From Planctomycetota bacterium (lineage in GTDB: Bacteria > Planctomycetota > B15-G4 > SIAN01): 64,000 bases of DNA. The notes beneath the pieces are model-generated. The model searched no databases. It worked only from the letters and a program-made list of their open reading frames with translations, and had not been told where the DNA came from. Positions 1-8,879 of this stretch are shown piece after piece; position 1 is the stretch's first letter; each line of letters starts with the position of its first letter. The translations under genes and the position numbers were made by a program. The DNA lies in the NCBI GenBank assembly GCA_031409275.1, contig JANNXA010000051.1, positions 256,001-320,000 on the forward strand. The letters run 5' to 3'.

Positions 1-1
1 G

Positions 2-1057
2 ATCCGCCCCGACCTCACTTCGCGCAGCGTGTCGGCGCAGTTCCTCGAGACGGAGCATGAGCTCGGCGAGCGGGCGCTCGACCGGCTCGAGCCGCTCGAT
101 CTCGACCTCGCCATCGACGAAGGGGCGGCGATCGAGGGGGTGGTCGTCGCGGCGCAGGGTGGCTTCCCGTTGGCTGGCGCCGGCGTGCTCCTGCCGTGGT
201 GGAGCGACGAGTGGAGCGACTGGGCGTGCCTCAGCGATGCCGAAGGCCGTTTCCGCATCGCCGGCATCCGGCGCGAGGTGGCCGCGGCGCGCTCCCACGC
301 CGAAGCGATCGCGGAAGCGCCCGGCTACGTGACACGCCGCTTCGAGGTTCCGGCGGCCGGCGATGACCTCGATGTGGTCGGGCTGCGCCTCGCGCTCGAA
401 CGCGGCGTCTCGCTCGTGGTGCTCCTCGAGCAGTTGGAGCCTGCGGCCGCCGAGTCGGCAGGCGCGCTCTGGCACGACCGGATGGCGACCGCACGTGCGT
501 GGCTGCAGCCGGCAGCGGCGGCCTCCTCCGAAGCGCCGATCCGCGCGCTGCCATGGCGCGTCGAAGCGATCCCGAGGCGGCGCGGGGACGACTCATTCGA
601 AGTTCGTTTCGACGCGATCCCGCCGACGCGCGACGTCGAACTGCTGGTGCTGGACGAGCAAGGCCGTCTGCTGGCAACGACGACGGTGGACGCGACCTGC
701 GAGCGCAGCGAGCTGCACCTTCCGGTCGCAGCGCCGCCGACGGAAGCGGCCGCCTCGCCGAAACTGGAACGGCCGCCCTGGCGAGTCCGGCTGCTCGACG
801 GCGACGGGACTCCGTTGCGAGAGGTCGACATCGCTTACGACGCCAGCAACGCCACGTTCAGCCGACAGCCGTGCCGACGGACGGACGACGCGGGATGGCT
901 CGAACTCGACGCGCTCCGACCCGGCGAGGCGTACGCGCTGCGAGCGGCGCGCTTCGAGACCATGCACCTCTTCGCGGCGGGCGCCGCCGTTGCGACGACG
1001 CCGATGGACCGCTTCGAGGTCGAAGTCCGGCTGCGGCCGCTCGCTCCAGCGCGCTGA
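2..1057 (+). CDS. 5'-truncated protein with carboxypeptidase-regulatory-like (beta-sandwich) repeats
   Basis: Frame is open from the window edge. Motifs 'IEGVVVAAQGGFPLAGA..SDAEGRFRIAGI' and 'RVRLLDGDGTPL..RTDDAGWLELDALRPGEAY' are typical of CarboxypepD_reg-like repeats. Confidence 0.6.
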   Translation: MRPDLTSRSVSAQFLETEHELGERALDRLEPLDLDLAIDEGAAIEGVVVAAQGGFPLAGAGVLLPWWSDEWSDWACLSDAEGRFRIAGIRREVAAARSHAEAIAEAPGYVTRRFEVPAAGDDLDVVGLRLALERGVSLVVLLEQLEPAAAESAGALWHDRMATARAWLQPAAAASSEAPIRALPWRVEAIPRRRGDDSFEVRFDAIPPTRDVELLVLDEQGRLLATTTVDATCERSELHLPVAAPPTEAAASPKLERPPWRVRLLDGDGTPLREVDIAYDASNATFSRQPCRRTDDAGWLELDALRPGEAYALRAARFETMHLFAAGAAVATTPMDRFEVEVRLRPLAPAR

Positions 1058-1075
1058 ACGGATCCGAACGCAGGC

Positions 1076-3208
1076 TCAGGTCGTCGCCGGCGCGAGCGGC
1101 TCGATGGGCCGCCCCTCCGACTGCACGCAGCGCACCTGGTTGCGGCCGCCTTCCTTGGCCACGTAGAGCCCCTCGTCACTGAGCTTCAGCAGATGCTCGA
1201 AGTCGGGGACGCCGGCGCGGCGGGTGGCCACGCCGAGGCTCACGGTGACGTGGCCGTCGAAGGTCCCACCGCGGATCGCGTGCGCCTCGACCGCCGCGCG
1301 CAGCCGTTCGCCGAGCGCCGTGGCCTGCTCGGCGCCGGCGCCGGGCATGACCACGACGAACTCCTCGCCGCCGAGCCGGCACACGCACGCCGGCGGTTCC
1401 GTCTGCGTCGAGAGGACCTTCGCCGTCTCCTTCAGCACGAGATCGCCGATGTCGTGGCCGTAGGTGTCGTTGACGCGCTTGAACTTGTCGATGTCGACCA
1501 TGATCGCGGAGAACGGGGCGTCGTCCTTGGTCGCCTTGTCCCAACCTTCGCGCAACGCCTCCATGGCGTAGCGGCGGTTGGGCAGCTCGGTCAGGACGTC
1601 GGTGACCGCCGCCTGTTGGAGCCGGCGCGCGAGGATGCCGAGCTCGGCCACCTGCTTCTGCATCGTCGCCTTGTCGGCATCGACGCGTTCCTGGAGCCGA
1701 ACCACGCGCATGCCGGCGCGCACGCGCGCCAACAGGAGCTTCGGCTTGAAGGGCTTGACCACGTAGTCGTCGCAACCGCTGTCGAAGGCTTCGACGATGC
1801 GGTCCTCGTTCTCGTCGGCGGTGAGCAGGATGATGTAGACGCGGCGACCCGCCTCGAAGGCGCGCAGGCTCTTGCACAACTTCACGCCATCCATGCCGGG
1901 CATGTTGCGGTCGGCGATGACGATGTGCGGAATGATCTGCATGGCCGACTTGAGGGCTTCGTTGCCGTCGCTCGTCGTCGTCACCTGGTGACCCGCTCGC
2001 TGCAACAACGCGGCGAGCAGCTTGAGCGAGGAGGCGTCATCGTCGACCAGCAGGATGCGCGCGCGGTTCGCAATGCCGGAAGCGTTGGCCGCCGTCGAAC
2101 TGGCGAGCGGGGCGGCGACGGGCGGACGGGGTGCCGCAGAAGTCGGAGCTGCCGACTTGGACGTCGGGATCGGCGCGGGCGCCGACGGCTTGCTCGCGAC
2201 CGGCGAGGCCGGGGCCGGTTTGGTGCCGTGATTCGCGACGGGCGCAGCCGCGACGGGCTTCGCGCTCGGCTTGTCGGCGACGTAGAGCGGACTGTGTCCG
2301 CGCGACCGAGCCGGCGCGCCGCCGTTGTAGGGCGGGACCGCCGTCGTGACGATCTCGAGCATGTTGCCCCAGGCGCGCCACGCCTCGACCATCTCGTTCC
2401 ATAGGAAGGCGAGGTCTTCCGCCTTCCAATCGGGGAGTTCGGCGAGCGCGGACTGCACGAGCTCGACATCGAGCGGCTTGTCGTCGGGAAGGATGAAGGC
2501 GGTGGCGAAACGCGCCGCGATCCACACCAGGACCGAGACTCCCGGCCCGCGCTTGCCTTCGCGCAGTGGCGGAGCGGCGAGCGCGACGGCCTGCGCTGCG
2601 GTGGAGAATGCCTCCGGCAGCTTCCACTCGGTCAGCATCGCAGCGGTCACTTCGCGGTGATCGATGCCGAAGCGCTTCTGCTCGAGCACGGCGCGACCGT
2701 TGGTCGTGAACGCCTCGGGCGAGGAGAGGATCTGCGCAAACTCGCGCGGATGGACCGTTGCGAGCGCCAACGACCCGAGGTCGCTGACGAGGGCGGCCAC
2801 GAAGACTTCGGCGGGCACGCCAATCTTGAAGCGCGCCGACATGACATGCGCCGCGACGGCACGCGCCAGCGATTGCGACCAGAACAACCCGTAGTCGAAT
2901 GCCTCGCACACGCCGTTTCGATGCGCCGAGACCAGGCTGAAGCCCAGCGCGATGCTGCGCACCGAGCGCAGCCCGAGGCGCATCGTCGCCTCCTTGATCG
3001 TGGCGCACGGGCGCGCGCCGCCGGCGAGCGCCGTGTTCGAGACCTGCAGCAGGCGGCCGGTCAGCGACGGATCGGACTGGATGCAACGCGCGAGCTCATC
3101 GACCGAGCAATTCTCGTTCTGCGTGATGCGCAGGATCTCCATGCCCACTCCGGGTGGAGAGGGCAGGGCGCCAGTGGCCTTCAGCTCTTCGAAGGTCTTG
3201 TTCGCCAT
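1076..3208 (-). CDS. HDOD-REC-GGDEF diguanylate cyclase (710 aa)
   Basis: N-terminal HDOD (LPSPP..IQSDPSLTGRLL..FWSQSLARA..FGIDH), Pro/Ala-rich linker, receiver (ILLVDDD..IADRNMPGMDG..DDYVVKPF), GGDEF (DIDKFKRVNDTYGHDIGD, RLGGEEF). Confidence 0.92.
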   Translation of the reverse strand: MANKTFEELKATGALPSPPGVGMEILRITQNENCSVDELARCIQSDPSLTGRLLQVSNTALAGGARPCATIKEATMRLGLRSVRSIALGFSLVSAHRNGVCEAFDYGLFWSQSLARAVAAHVMSARFKIGVPAEVFVAALVSDLGSLALATVHPREFAQILSSPEAFTTNGRAVLEQKRFGIDHREVTAAMLTEWKLPEAFSTAAQAVALAAPPLREGKRGPGVSVLVWIAARFATAFILPDDKPLDVELVQSALAELPDWKAEDLAFLWNEMVEAWRAWGNMLEIVTTAVPPYNGGAPARSRGHSPLYVADKPSAKPVAAAPVANHGTKPAPASPVASKPSAPAPIPTSKSAAPTSAAPRPPVAAPLASSTAANASGIANRARILLVDDDASSLKLLAALLQRAGHQVTTTSDGNEALKSAMQIIPHIVIADRNMPGMDGVKLCKSLRAFEAGRRVYIILLTADENEDRIVEAFDSGCDDYVVKPFKPKLLLARVRAGMRVVRLQERVDADKATMQKQVAELGILARRLQQAAVTDVLTELPNRRYAMEALREGWDKATKDDAPFSAIMVDIDKFKRVNDTYGHDIGDLVLKETAKVLSTQTEPPACVCRLGGEEFVVVMPGAGAEQATALGERLRAAVEAHAIRGGTFDGHVTVSLGVATRRAGVPDFEHLLKLSDEGLYVAKEGGRNQVRCVQSEGRPIEPLAPATT

Positions 3209-3417
3209 TGATGGTCGCCGTCCATTGCGCGTCGTTGCGGGAGCCGGAGCCGTACCCGAAATCGCGCAACGGCCGCGTTCCTGCGGCAGAGCAGGGCACG
3301 CGCTCGCGATCAGGCAAAACCCTGATCGTCCCGCGCGCCGGTCACGCTGTAACCGTCGGACCGCACGCCGGCGAGCCGCCGTCGGAAATCCCTGCTCGAC
3401 GCGGCTAACGTCGCCGC

Positions 3418-4233
3418 ATGCTCCCCCTCGACACCTTTCGCGATCAGGTCGTCCTTGTCACCGGCGGCGGCACCGGACTCGGTCTCGTCACCGCGAAACG
3501 GTTCGCCGCGCTCGGCGCCCGCCTCGTGTTGGCGAGCCGTCGTGCGGAGCATCTCGATCCAGCCGCCGCCGAACTCTCCGCCGCCGGCGCGCAAGTGCTC
3601 GCGGTCCCGACCGATGTCACGCGGCCGGGCTCGGTGGATGCGCTCGTCGAACAGGCGCTCGCCCGCTTCGGCCGCATCGACGTGCTGGTGAACAACGCGG
3701 CGGGCAACTTCCTCTGCCCGGCCGAGGACCTCTCGCCGGCCGGCTTCAAGGTCGTGATCGACATCGCCTTGAATGGCGTCTTCTATTGCTCGCGCGCCGT
3801 CGGCCGGCAGATGCTGGCGCAGGGGCGCGGACGCATCGTGAACGTCGTCGCGGCGTACGCGTGGACCGGCGGTCCGGGCACCATCCACAGCGCCGCGGCG
3901 AAAGCGGGAGTCGTCGCGATGACGCGCACGCTCGCCGTCGAGTGGGGTGGACGCGGCCTGCGCGTGAACGCGGTCTGCCCCGGATTCTTCGACTCGGACG
4001 GGGCGAGCGAGCGATTGTGGCCCGACCCCGCGGTCGCGGCGCGGATGGCGCGAAGCGTGCCGGTCGGCCGCTTCGGCGAGATGGCCGAGATCGCCAACGC
4101 CATCACCTACCTCGCCTCGCCGTTCGCCGACTACGTGAACGGCGAAGTGCTCGTGGTCGACGGCGGCCAGCACCTCGGCAAGGGACTCGATGGCGAAGGC
4201 GGAGCAGTCAGCGCGGATCGTCCACCACGATGA
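3418..4233 (+). CDS. SDR-family oxidoreductase, 2,4-dienoyl-CoA reductase-like
   Basis: TGGGTGLG, NNAAGNF and HSAAAKAG motifs (His in place of the catalytic Tyr, as in DECR/FadH-type SDRs). Confidence 0.85.
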   Translation: MLPLDTFRDQVVLVTGGGTGLGLVTAKRFAALGARLVLASRRAEHLDPAAAELSAAGAQVLAVPTDVTRPGSVDALVEQALARFGRIDVLVNNAAGNFLCPAEDLSPAGFKVVIDIALNGVFYCSRAVGRQMLAQGRGRIVNVVAAYAWTGGPGTIHSAAAKAGVVAMTRTLAVEWGGRGLRVNAVCPGFFDSDGASERLWPDPAVAARMARSVPVGRFGEMAEIANAITYLASPFADYVNGEVLVVDGGQHLGKGLDGEGGAVSADRPPR

Positions 4234-5206
4234 CTTCGTCGCCCGCGAGCTCGTAGCGCTGGCCGACCGGCAACGGCGGCAAGCGGACCCAGCGATTCTG
4301 GAGCAGCTCGTCGATGGTCGGGCTGCGGCCATTCTCGGCACGGAACTGAACGACCCAATGCGCCGCCCCGCGCAGCACGCTCCTGCTCTCGAGCTCGTCG
4401 CAACGATCGAAGTGCGGTCGGCCGGTCGAGTCGAGCCGCGTCGACCCGAGGACGGCTTCGACCACCTCCGGCGCCATCAGCCCGGGTCGCCGCAAGTCGT
4501 TGCTCGAAAGCGGCGCGCGACCGACCTCGGTGGTGTAGTCGTCGATCGCCCGCAACGCGATGCGGCGCTTGACGCGTTCGAGCTGAAGCTCCGCCGATTC
4601 GCGCACCAGGTCGGTGGGATGGTCGAGGTAGCCAACCCACTGCGCCAGCGCCGCGTAATCCTCGCGGCTGTCGACGAGGAGCGAAACATAGAAGCCCATC
4701 GTCATCGCGTCGCAGCGCGGGTCCTTGACGACCGGCTCGAGGACCTTGAGCGTGCGCTCGCGATCCTGGCGGTTGGTGTACCAGGTCATCGCCAGCTCGA
4801 CCGCCAGCCGCAGATCGAGCGGATTCTCGGCGACGCCGCGCTCGAGCAGCGCGATCGCCCGGGTCGGGTCGCGCTCGATCATCGTTAGGTAGGTCGCGCC
4901 GAAGCTGTAGACCGTCGCGAAGTTCGGCTCGAGTGCCGGGATCACGGTGAACAGGTTGTCGAGCCAGGCGATCTTGCGCTGCGGATCGGAGAAGTCGCGC
5001 GACAGGTCGCCGATCGCCGACAGCCAGAGCAGGTCGGCGCAGGTCGAGCGATGGCCGGCCGTGAGCAGCCGCGCGAGCTTGGGCTTCGGGACGAACGAGG
5101 TGCCCGGCAGGCGACGGCCGCTATTCGCCTCGCCGAGCGGGCCGCGCAGCAGCACGGCCCCGCCGAAGCACGCGACCATCACCATCGGAATCGTGCCGCC
5201 GAACAT
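4208..5206 (-). CDS. TPR-like membrane-anchored protein, PilG/XapA-like accessory of an ABC transporter
   Basis: ATG at 5206 overlaps the stop of the upstream permease (TGATG). Has an N-terminal hydrophobic segment and 'ADLLWL..LEPNFATVY..GA..AIALLERGVAENP' helical repeats. Confidence 0.6.
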   Translation of the reverse strand: MFGGTIPMVMVACFGGAVLLRGPLGEANSGRRLPGTSFVPKPKLARLLTAGHRSTCADLLWLSAIGDLSRDFSDPQRKIAWLDNLFTVIPALEPNFATVYSFGATYLTMIERDPTRAIALLERGVAENPLDLRLAVELAMTWYTNRQDRERTLKVLEPVVKDPRCDAMTMGFYVSLLVDSREDYAALAQWVGYLDHPTDLVRESAELQLERVKRRIALRAIDDYTTEVGRAPLSSNDLRRPGLMAPEVVEAVLGSTRLDSTGRPHFDRCDELESRSVLRGAAHWVVQFRAENGRSPTIDELLQNRWVRLPPLPVGQRYELAGDEVIVVDDPR

Positions 5207-5973
5207 CAGACTTCCCGCCGCCGGAACAGGAGGATCGCGCCGCCGACGAAGACCGTCGACCACAGCGCCATCGCCAGCGCACCGAGCGCAAGCTGATGCC
5301 AGTGGATCGGCAAGCCCGCGTGGGTGGCGTTGATGAAGTTCACGTCTTCGGTGTTGGGCAGCAGTCGGTAGGCGAGCGACCAGAAGGTCGCGAACTCGGG
5401 CGTCTTGCCATCGGCACAAAGCTCGCGCAGCGCTTCGGTGGAGCGCGCGGCGAGCGCGAAACAGCAGGTCCCGACCGCCGCGATCGCCGGTGCGGTGAGC
5501 GTGCCGAGGAAGAGGGCCACCGCCACCAGCAGCGTCGATTCGCACAGCAGCCCGATCAGCGCCGCGAAGAGCGCCGCGCTCGGTTCTCCTCCCCACAGCA
5601 CGACCCAGAGCAGCAGCGCGCCACCGGCCGCCGCGAGGCAGCTCCAGGTCGCTGCGACCAGCCCGAAGTACTTGCCGAGCAGGAACTCGCCACGCGTCAC
5701 GTCGCGCGAGAGGATCGGGTAGAGCGTGCGCCGCTCGACTTCCTTGGCGAGGCTGAACGCTCCGACCAGCATCGCGAGCAGCAGCCCGAGCGCCGCGAGC
5801 CCGGACAGCGAGAAGTCCTGCACCATCTTGAGCTCGTCCTCGACCGACAGCCAGCCGAGCACGCGGCTGAACAGGACGAGTCCGAGAGCGAACAGCGCCA
5901 CCACCAACAGCACCTTGTCGCGCATCGCCTCGAGGAACGTGGCGCGCGCGAGGACGGCGACTCGATCTCTCAT
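5206..5973 (-). CDS. ABC-2 type permease (PilI/XapB-like)
   Basis: 'LARATFLEAMRDK', 'KEVERRTLYPILSRDVTRGEFLLGKYFG', about 6 TM segments, C-terminal 'FRRRE'. ATGA coupling with the ATPase. Confidence 0.85.
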   Translation of the reverse strand: MRDRVAVLARATFLEAMRDKVLLVVALFALGLVLFSRVLGWLSVEDELKMVQDFSLSGLAALGLLLAMLVGAFSLAKEVERRTLYPILSRDVTRGEFLLGKYFGLVAATWSCLAAAGGALLLWVVLWGGEPSAALFAALIGLLCESTLLVAVALFLGTLTAPAIAAVGTCCFALAARSTEALRELCADGKTPEFATFWSLAYRLLPNTEDVNFINATHAGLPIHWHQLALGALAMALWSTVFVGGAILLFRRREV

Positions 5974-6986
5974 GCTTCGACCTCCTCCGGAACGGGCAGC
6001 GGTTCGATCGGGGCAGTGGAAGCCGTCGAGGCAACCGGAGCACTCGCCGCGGGCGCCGCCGCTCGATCGTCGAGGAAGCGGACGAACCACGTTTCGAGCG
6101 ACTCCCGTTCCGGCGCAAGCGACAGCAGTCGGCCGCCCGCCGCGTGCACCTCCGCCGCGAAGGCGGGACCGAGCGTCGCACCCGGCAAGCACGCGGTCAC
6201 CGTCGCACCGCTCGCGCGGAACAGCGTGGCCGCAGCGGCGAGCCGCTCTCGCAGCGCCTCGGGAACCCCTTCCGCGCACAGTTCGAAGGAACGGGGCGCG
6301 CTGGCGAGGAGGTCGTGGATCGTCCCTTCGCGCACCAGGTCGCCGCGATGCAGCACCACGACGCGATCGCACAGCTCCTGCACGTCGGCGAGGACGTGCG
6401 AGCAGAGGACGACCGTGCAGCCCGCGCGGCGCTGCTCGAGGATCAGCTCTTTCACCAGTCGCCGGCCGCCGGGGTCGAGCCCGGTGAGCGGCTCATCGAG
6501 GACGAGGAGTTCCGGTTGGTGCAGCAGCGCGGCCGCAAGCCCGAAGCGCTGGCGCATCCCCTTGCTGAACCCACGCAACCGCCGATTCGCCGCCTCGGTG
6601 AGGCCGACGCGTTCGAGTAGCGCGGGAGTGCGCGCCGCGATGGTCGCGCGATCGAGACCGACGAGGCGGCCGTAGATCGCGAGCCCTTCGCGCGGCGTGA
6701 AGTGCTCGTGGAAGTAGGGGTTCTCGGGCAGGTAGCCCAGGGCGCGGCGCGCGCTGGCGTCGCCGCTCGGCCGACCGAGCAGCGTCGCGCTGCCGCCGTC
6801 AGCCGCGAGCAGTCCGGTGGCGATCTTGAGGGTCGTCGTCTTGCCCGCGCCGTTCTGGCCGAGCAGGCCGAAGCACTCGCCTTCCTGGACCGCGAACGAG
6901 ACCCCGTTCAGCGCCGTCACGCGTGGCTTGAACAGTCCGGGCTTGAAGCCCTTCCTCAATTCGCGAACCTCGAGCACGGTCCGCAT
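5970..6986 (-). CDS. ABC transporter ATP-binding protein (PilH/XapD-like)
   Basis: GQNGAGKTT, 'GYLPENPYF', FSKGMRQR, LDEP. SD AAGGAG upstream of ATG 6986. Confidence 0.92.
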   Translation of the reverse strand: MRTVLEVRELRKGFKPGLFKPRVTALNGVSFAVQEGECFGLLGQNGAGKTTTLKIATGLLAADGGSATLLGRPSGDASARRALGYLPENPYFHEHFTPREGLAIYGRLVGLDRATIAARTPALLERVGLTEAANRRLRGFSKGMRQRFGLAAALLHQPELLVLDEPLTGLDPGGRRLVKELILEQRRAGCTVVLCSHVLADVQELCDRVVVLHRGDLVREGTIHDLLASAPRSFELCAEGVPEALRERLAAAATLFRASGATVTACLPGATLGPAFAAEVHAAGGRLLSLAPERESLETWFVRFLDDRAAAPAASAPVASTASTAPIEPLPVPEEVEA

Positions 6987-7112
6987 CGCCGGCCTCTCCT
7001 TGTCCTGGTGCCGCCAGCGGGGCGCTGGTCGGCAAACTCTTCTCACAACCGATGTCGGCAGCCGGACCACCCGCGCTTGAGCGCGCGGCCGGCGCCCCCG
7101 CCACGAGGATTC

Positions 7113-8045
7113 GTGAACCACGGCTTCACCTTTCGCGAGCGGCTGCCGGCAGCCGCGGCCGGCCAGCTCCTCCTCGACGACCTCGAGCGGCGCTGGCGCC
7201 ATGGCACGCGCGACGACTGGCGCGGCCGGCTCGCGCGTGGCGAGGTCACGCTCGATGGCCTCGCCGCGCGCGGCGACGAGCGGCTCACCGCCGGAACGGA
7301 ACTCGCCTGGCATCGCCCGCCCTGGGAAGAGCCCCAGGCGCCGCTCGCCTGCGCGCTGCTGTGGCGCGACGAGCACTTCCTCGCGGTGGCGAAGCCGGCC
7401 GGCTTGCCCACGATGCCCTCGGGTGGCCGCTTCCTCGAGCACACGCTGCTGCATCAGGTGCGCCGTCGCTTCCCGGAAGCGAGCCTGCTCCATCGCCTCG
7501 ACCGCGGGACCTCGGGCGTCGTCCTGTTGGCGCGCACCGCCGCCGCGCGCAGCGCCGGCTCGAAGCTCTTCCGCGACGGCACGATCGAGCGCACCTACCG
7601 CGGCCGCGTGATCGGAGCGCCGACCGCAGAGCGCTTGTGGCTCGACGCCCCGATCGGTGAGCGGCCCCACCCGACGCTCGGCCGCGTCTTCGCTGCCGTC
7701 GGCGCGAACGAAGCGGGACGCGCGGCGCGCACCGAGGTCTCGGTGATCGAGCGCGACGCCGGCACGACGCTGGTGGCGATCCGCATCGACAGCGGCCGTC
7801 CCCACCAGATCCGAATCCACCTGGCGTGGGCAGGGTTCGCGCTGGAAGGCGAACCGTTCTTCGGGGCCGCCGGCCTTCCGATCGAGGGCACGCTGAAGCG
7901 GCCGGGCGACATCGGCTACGCGTTGCACGCGCTCTCGCTCGTCGCGCCGCATCCGTTGGCCGACGGATCGCTCTCGATCTGGTGCGCGCCGCCGCCCCGA
8001 TTGCGCGCGCACGGCGAAGTACCGGTGGCGCCGCCGACCACGTAA
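7113..8045 (+). CDS. RluA/RluD-family RNA pseudouridine synthase
   Basis: KPAGL, HRLDRGTSG, SGRPHQIRIH and LHA motifs. GTG start inferred. Confidence 0.9.
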   Translation: MNHGFTFRERLPAAAAGQLLLDDLERRWRHGTRDDWRGRLARGEVTLDGLAARGDERLTAGTELAWHRPPWEEPQAPLACALLWRDEHFLAVAKPAGLPTMPSGGRFLEHTLLHQVRRRFPEASLLHRLDRGTSGVVLLARTAAARSAGSKLFRDGTIERTYRGRVIGAPTAERLWLDAPIGERPHPTLGRVFAAVGANEAGRAARTEVSVIERDAGTTLVAIRIDSGRPHQIRIHLAWAGFALEGEPFFGAAGLPIEGTLKRPGDIGYALHALSLVAPHPLADGSLSIWCAPPPRLRAHGEVPVAPPTT

Positions 8046-8093
8046 CCTCCCCCGCCTCGCGCGCCGTGGCGCCAGCCGAAGGAGACGCAAGTC

Positions 8094-8879
8094 GTGAGCG
8101 ACGGGAAGGATGCCGGAACGCCTGCCACTGCGGCGAGCGGGGCGCTGATCGAAGCGCGCAACGTCTATCGCCTCTATCCGGGCGGCCGCGATGCGGCGCC
8201 CGTGCTGCACGACGTCAGCCTCGCGCTGCCCGAGGGCAAGTTCATCGTCATCATGGGCCCGAGCGGTTCGGGCAAGTCGACGCTGCTGCATCTGCTGTGC
8301 GGGCTCGACCTGCCCTCGTCCGGCCAGATCTTCCTCGCCGGCCAGGAACTCACCGCGATGGACGACGAGGCGCGCACGAAGCTGCGCCGCGCCTGGGTTG
8401 GATTCGTGTTCCAGTTCTACAACCTCGTGCCGAACCTCACCGTCGGCGAGAACCTCGCGTTGCCGCTGCTGCTGCAGGGCATCACCGATCCGCGCGGTGA
8501 TCCGCGCTACGACGAGGTCGCGCGGCTGTTCGGGCTGTCGGACAAGCTCGCGCGCCGCCCGCATGAGTTGTCCGGCGGCGAGATGCAGCGCACCTCGATC
8601 GCCCGCGCCGTCATCCACCAACCGCGCGCCGTCTTCGCCGACGAACCGACGGGCAACCTCTCCACCAAAGCGGGGCTCGAGGTGATGGAGCACCTGCGCC
8701 GCGCCGTCGACGTGCTCCATCGCACCGTCGTGCTGGTCACCCACAACCCGCGCGACGCTCGTTTCGCCGACGAGCTCCATTTCCTGAAGGACGGTCGCAT
8801 CGACCCGGCCTGGTCGCTGCGCGGAGGACCGATCGATGAACATCACATCCATGCTCGCCTGGAGGAGTTTGGCATCTAG
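8094..8879 (+). CDS. ABC ATP-binding protein (LolD/MacB-type)
   Basis: GPSGSGKST, GFVFQFYNL, LSGGEMQR, ADEPTGNL, VTHN. Confidence 0.93.
   Translation: MSDGKDAGTPATAASGALIEARNVYRLYPGGRDAAPVLHDVSLALPEGKFIVIMGPSGSGKSTLLHLLCGLDLPSSGQIFLAGQELTAMDDEARTKLRRAWVGFVFQFYNLVPNLTVGENLALPLLLQGITDPRGDPRYDEVARLFGLSDKLARRPHELSGGEMQRTSIARAVIHQPRAVFADEPTGNLSTKAGLEVMEHLRRAVDVLHRTVVLVTHNPRDARFADELHFLKDGRIDPAWSLRGGPIDEHHIHARLEEFGI

Noticed and set aside
3307..3328. Hairpin CGATCAGG-CAAAAC-CCTGATCG upstream of the diguanylate cyclase as a c-di-GMP riboswitch
   Set aside because: It is a single 8-bp stem, and the two-stem GEMM architecture is not recognisable. It may be an operator, but this is unsupported.
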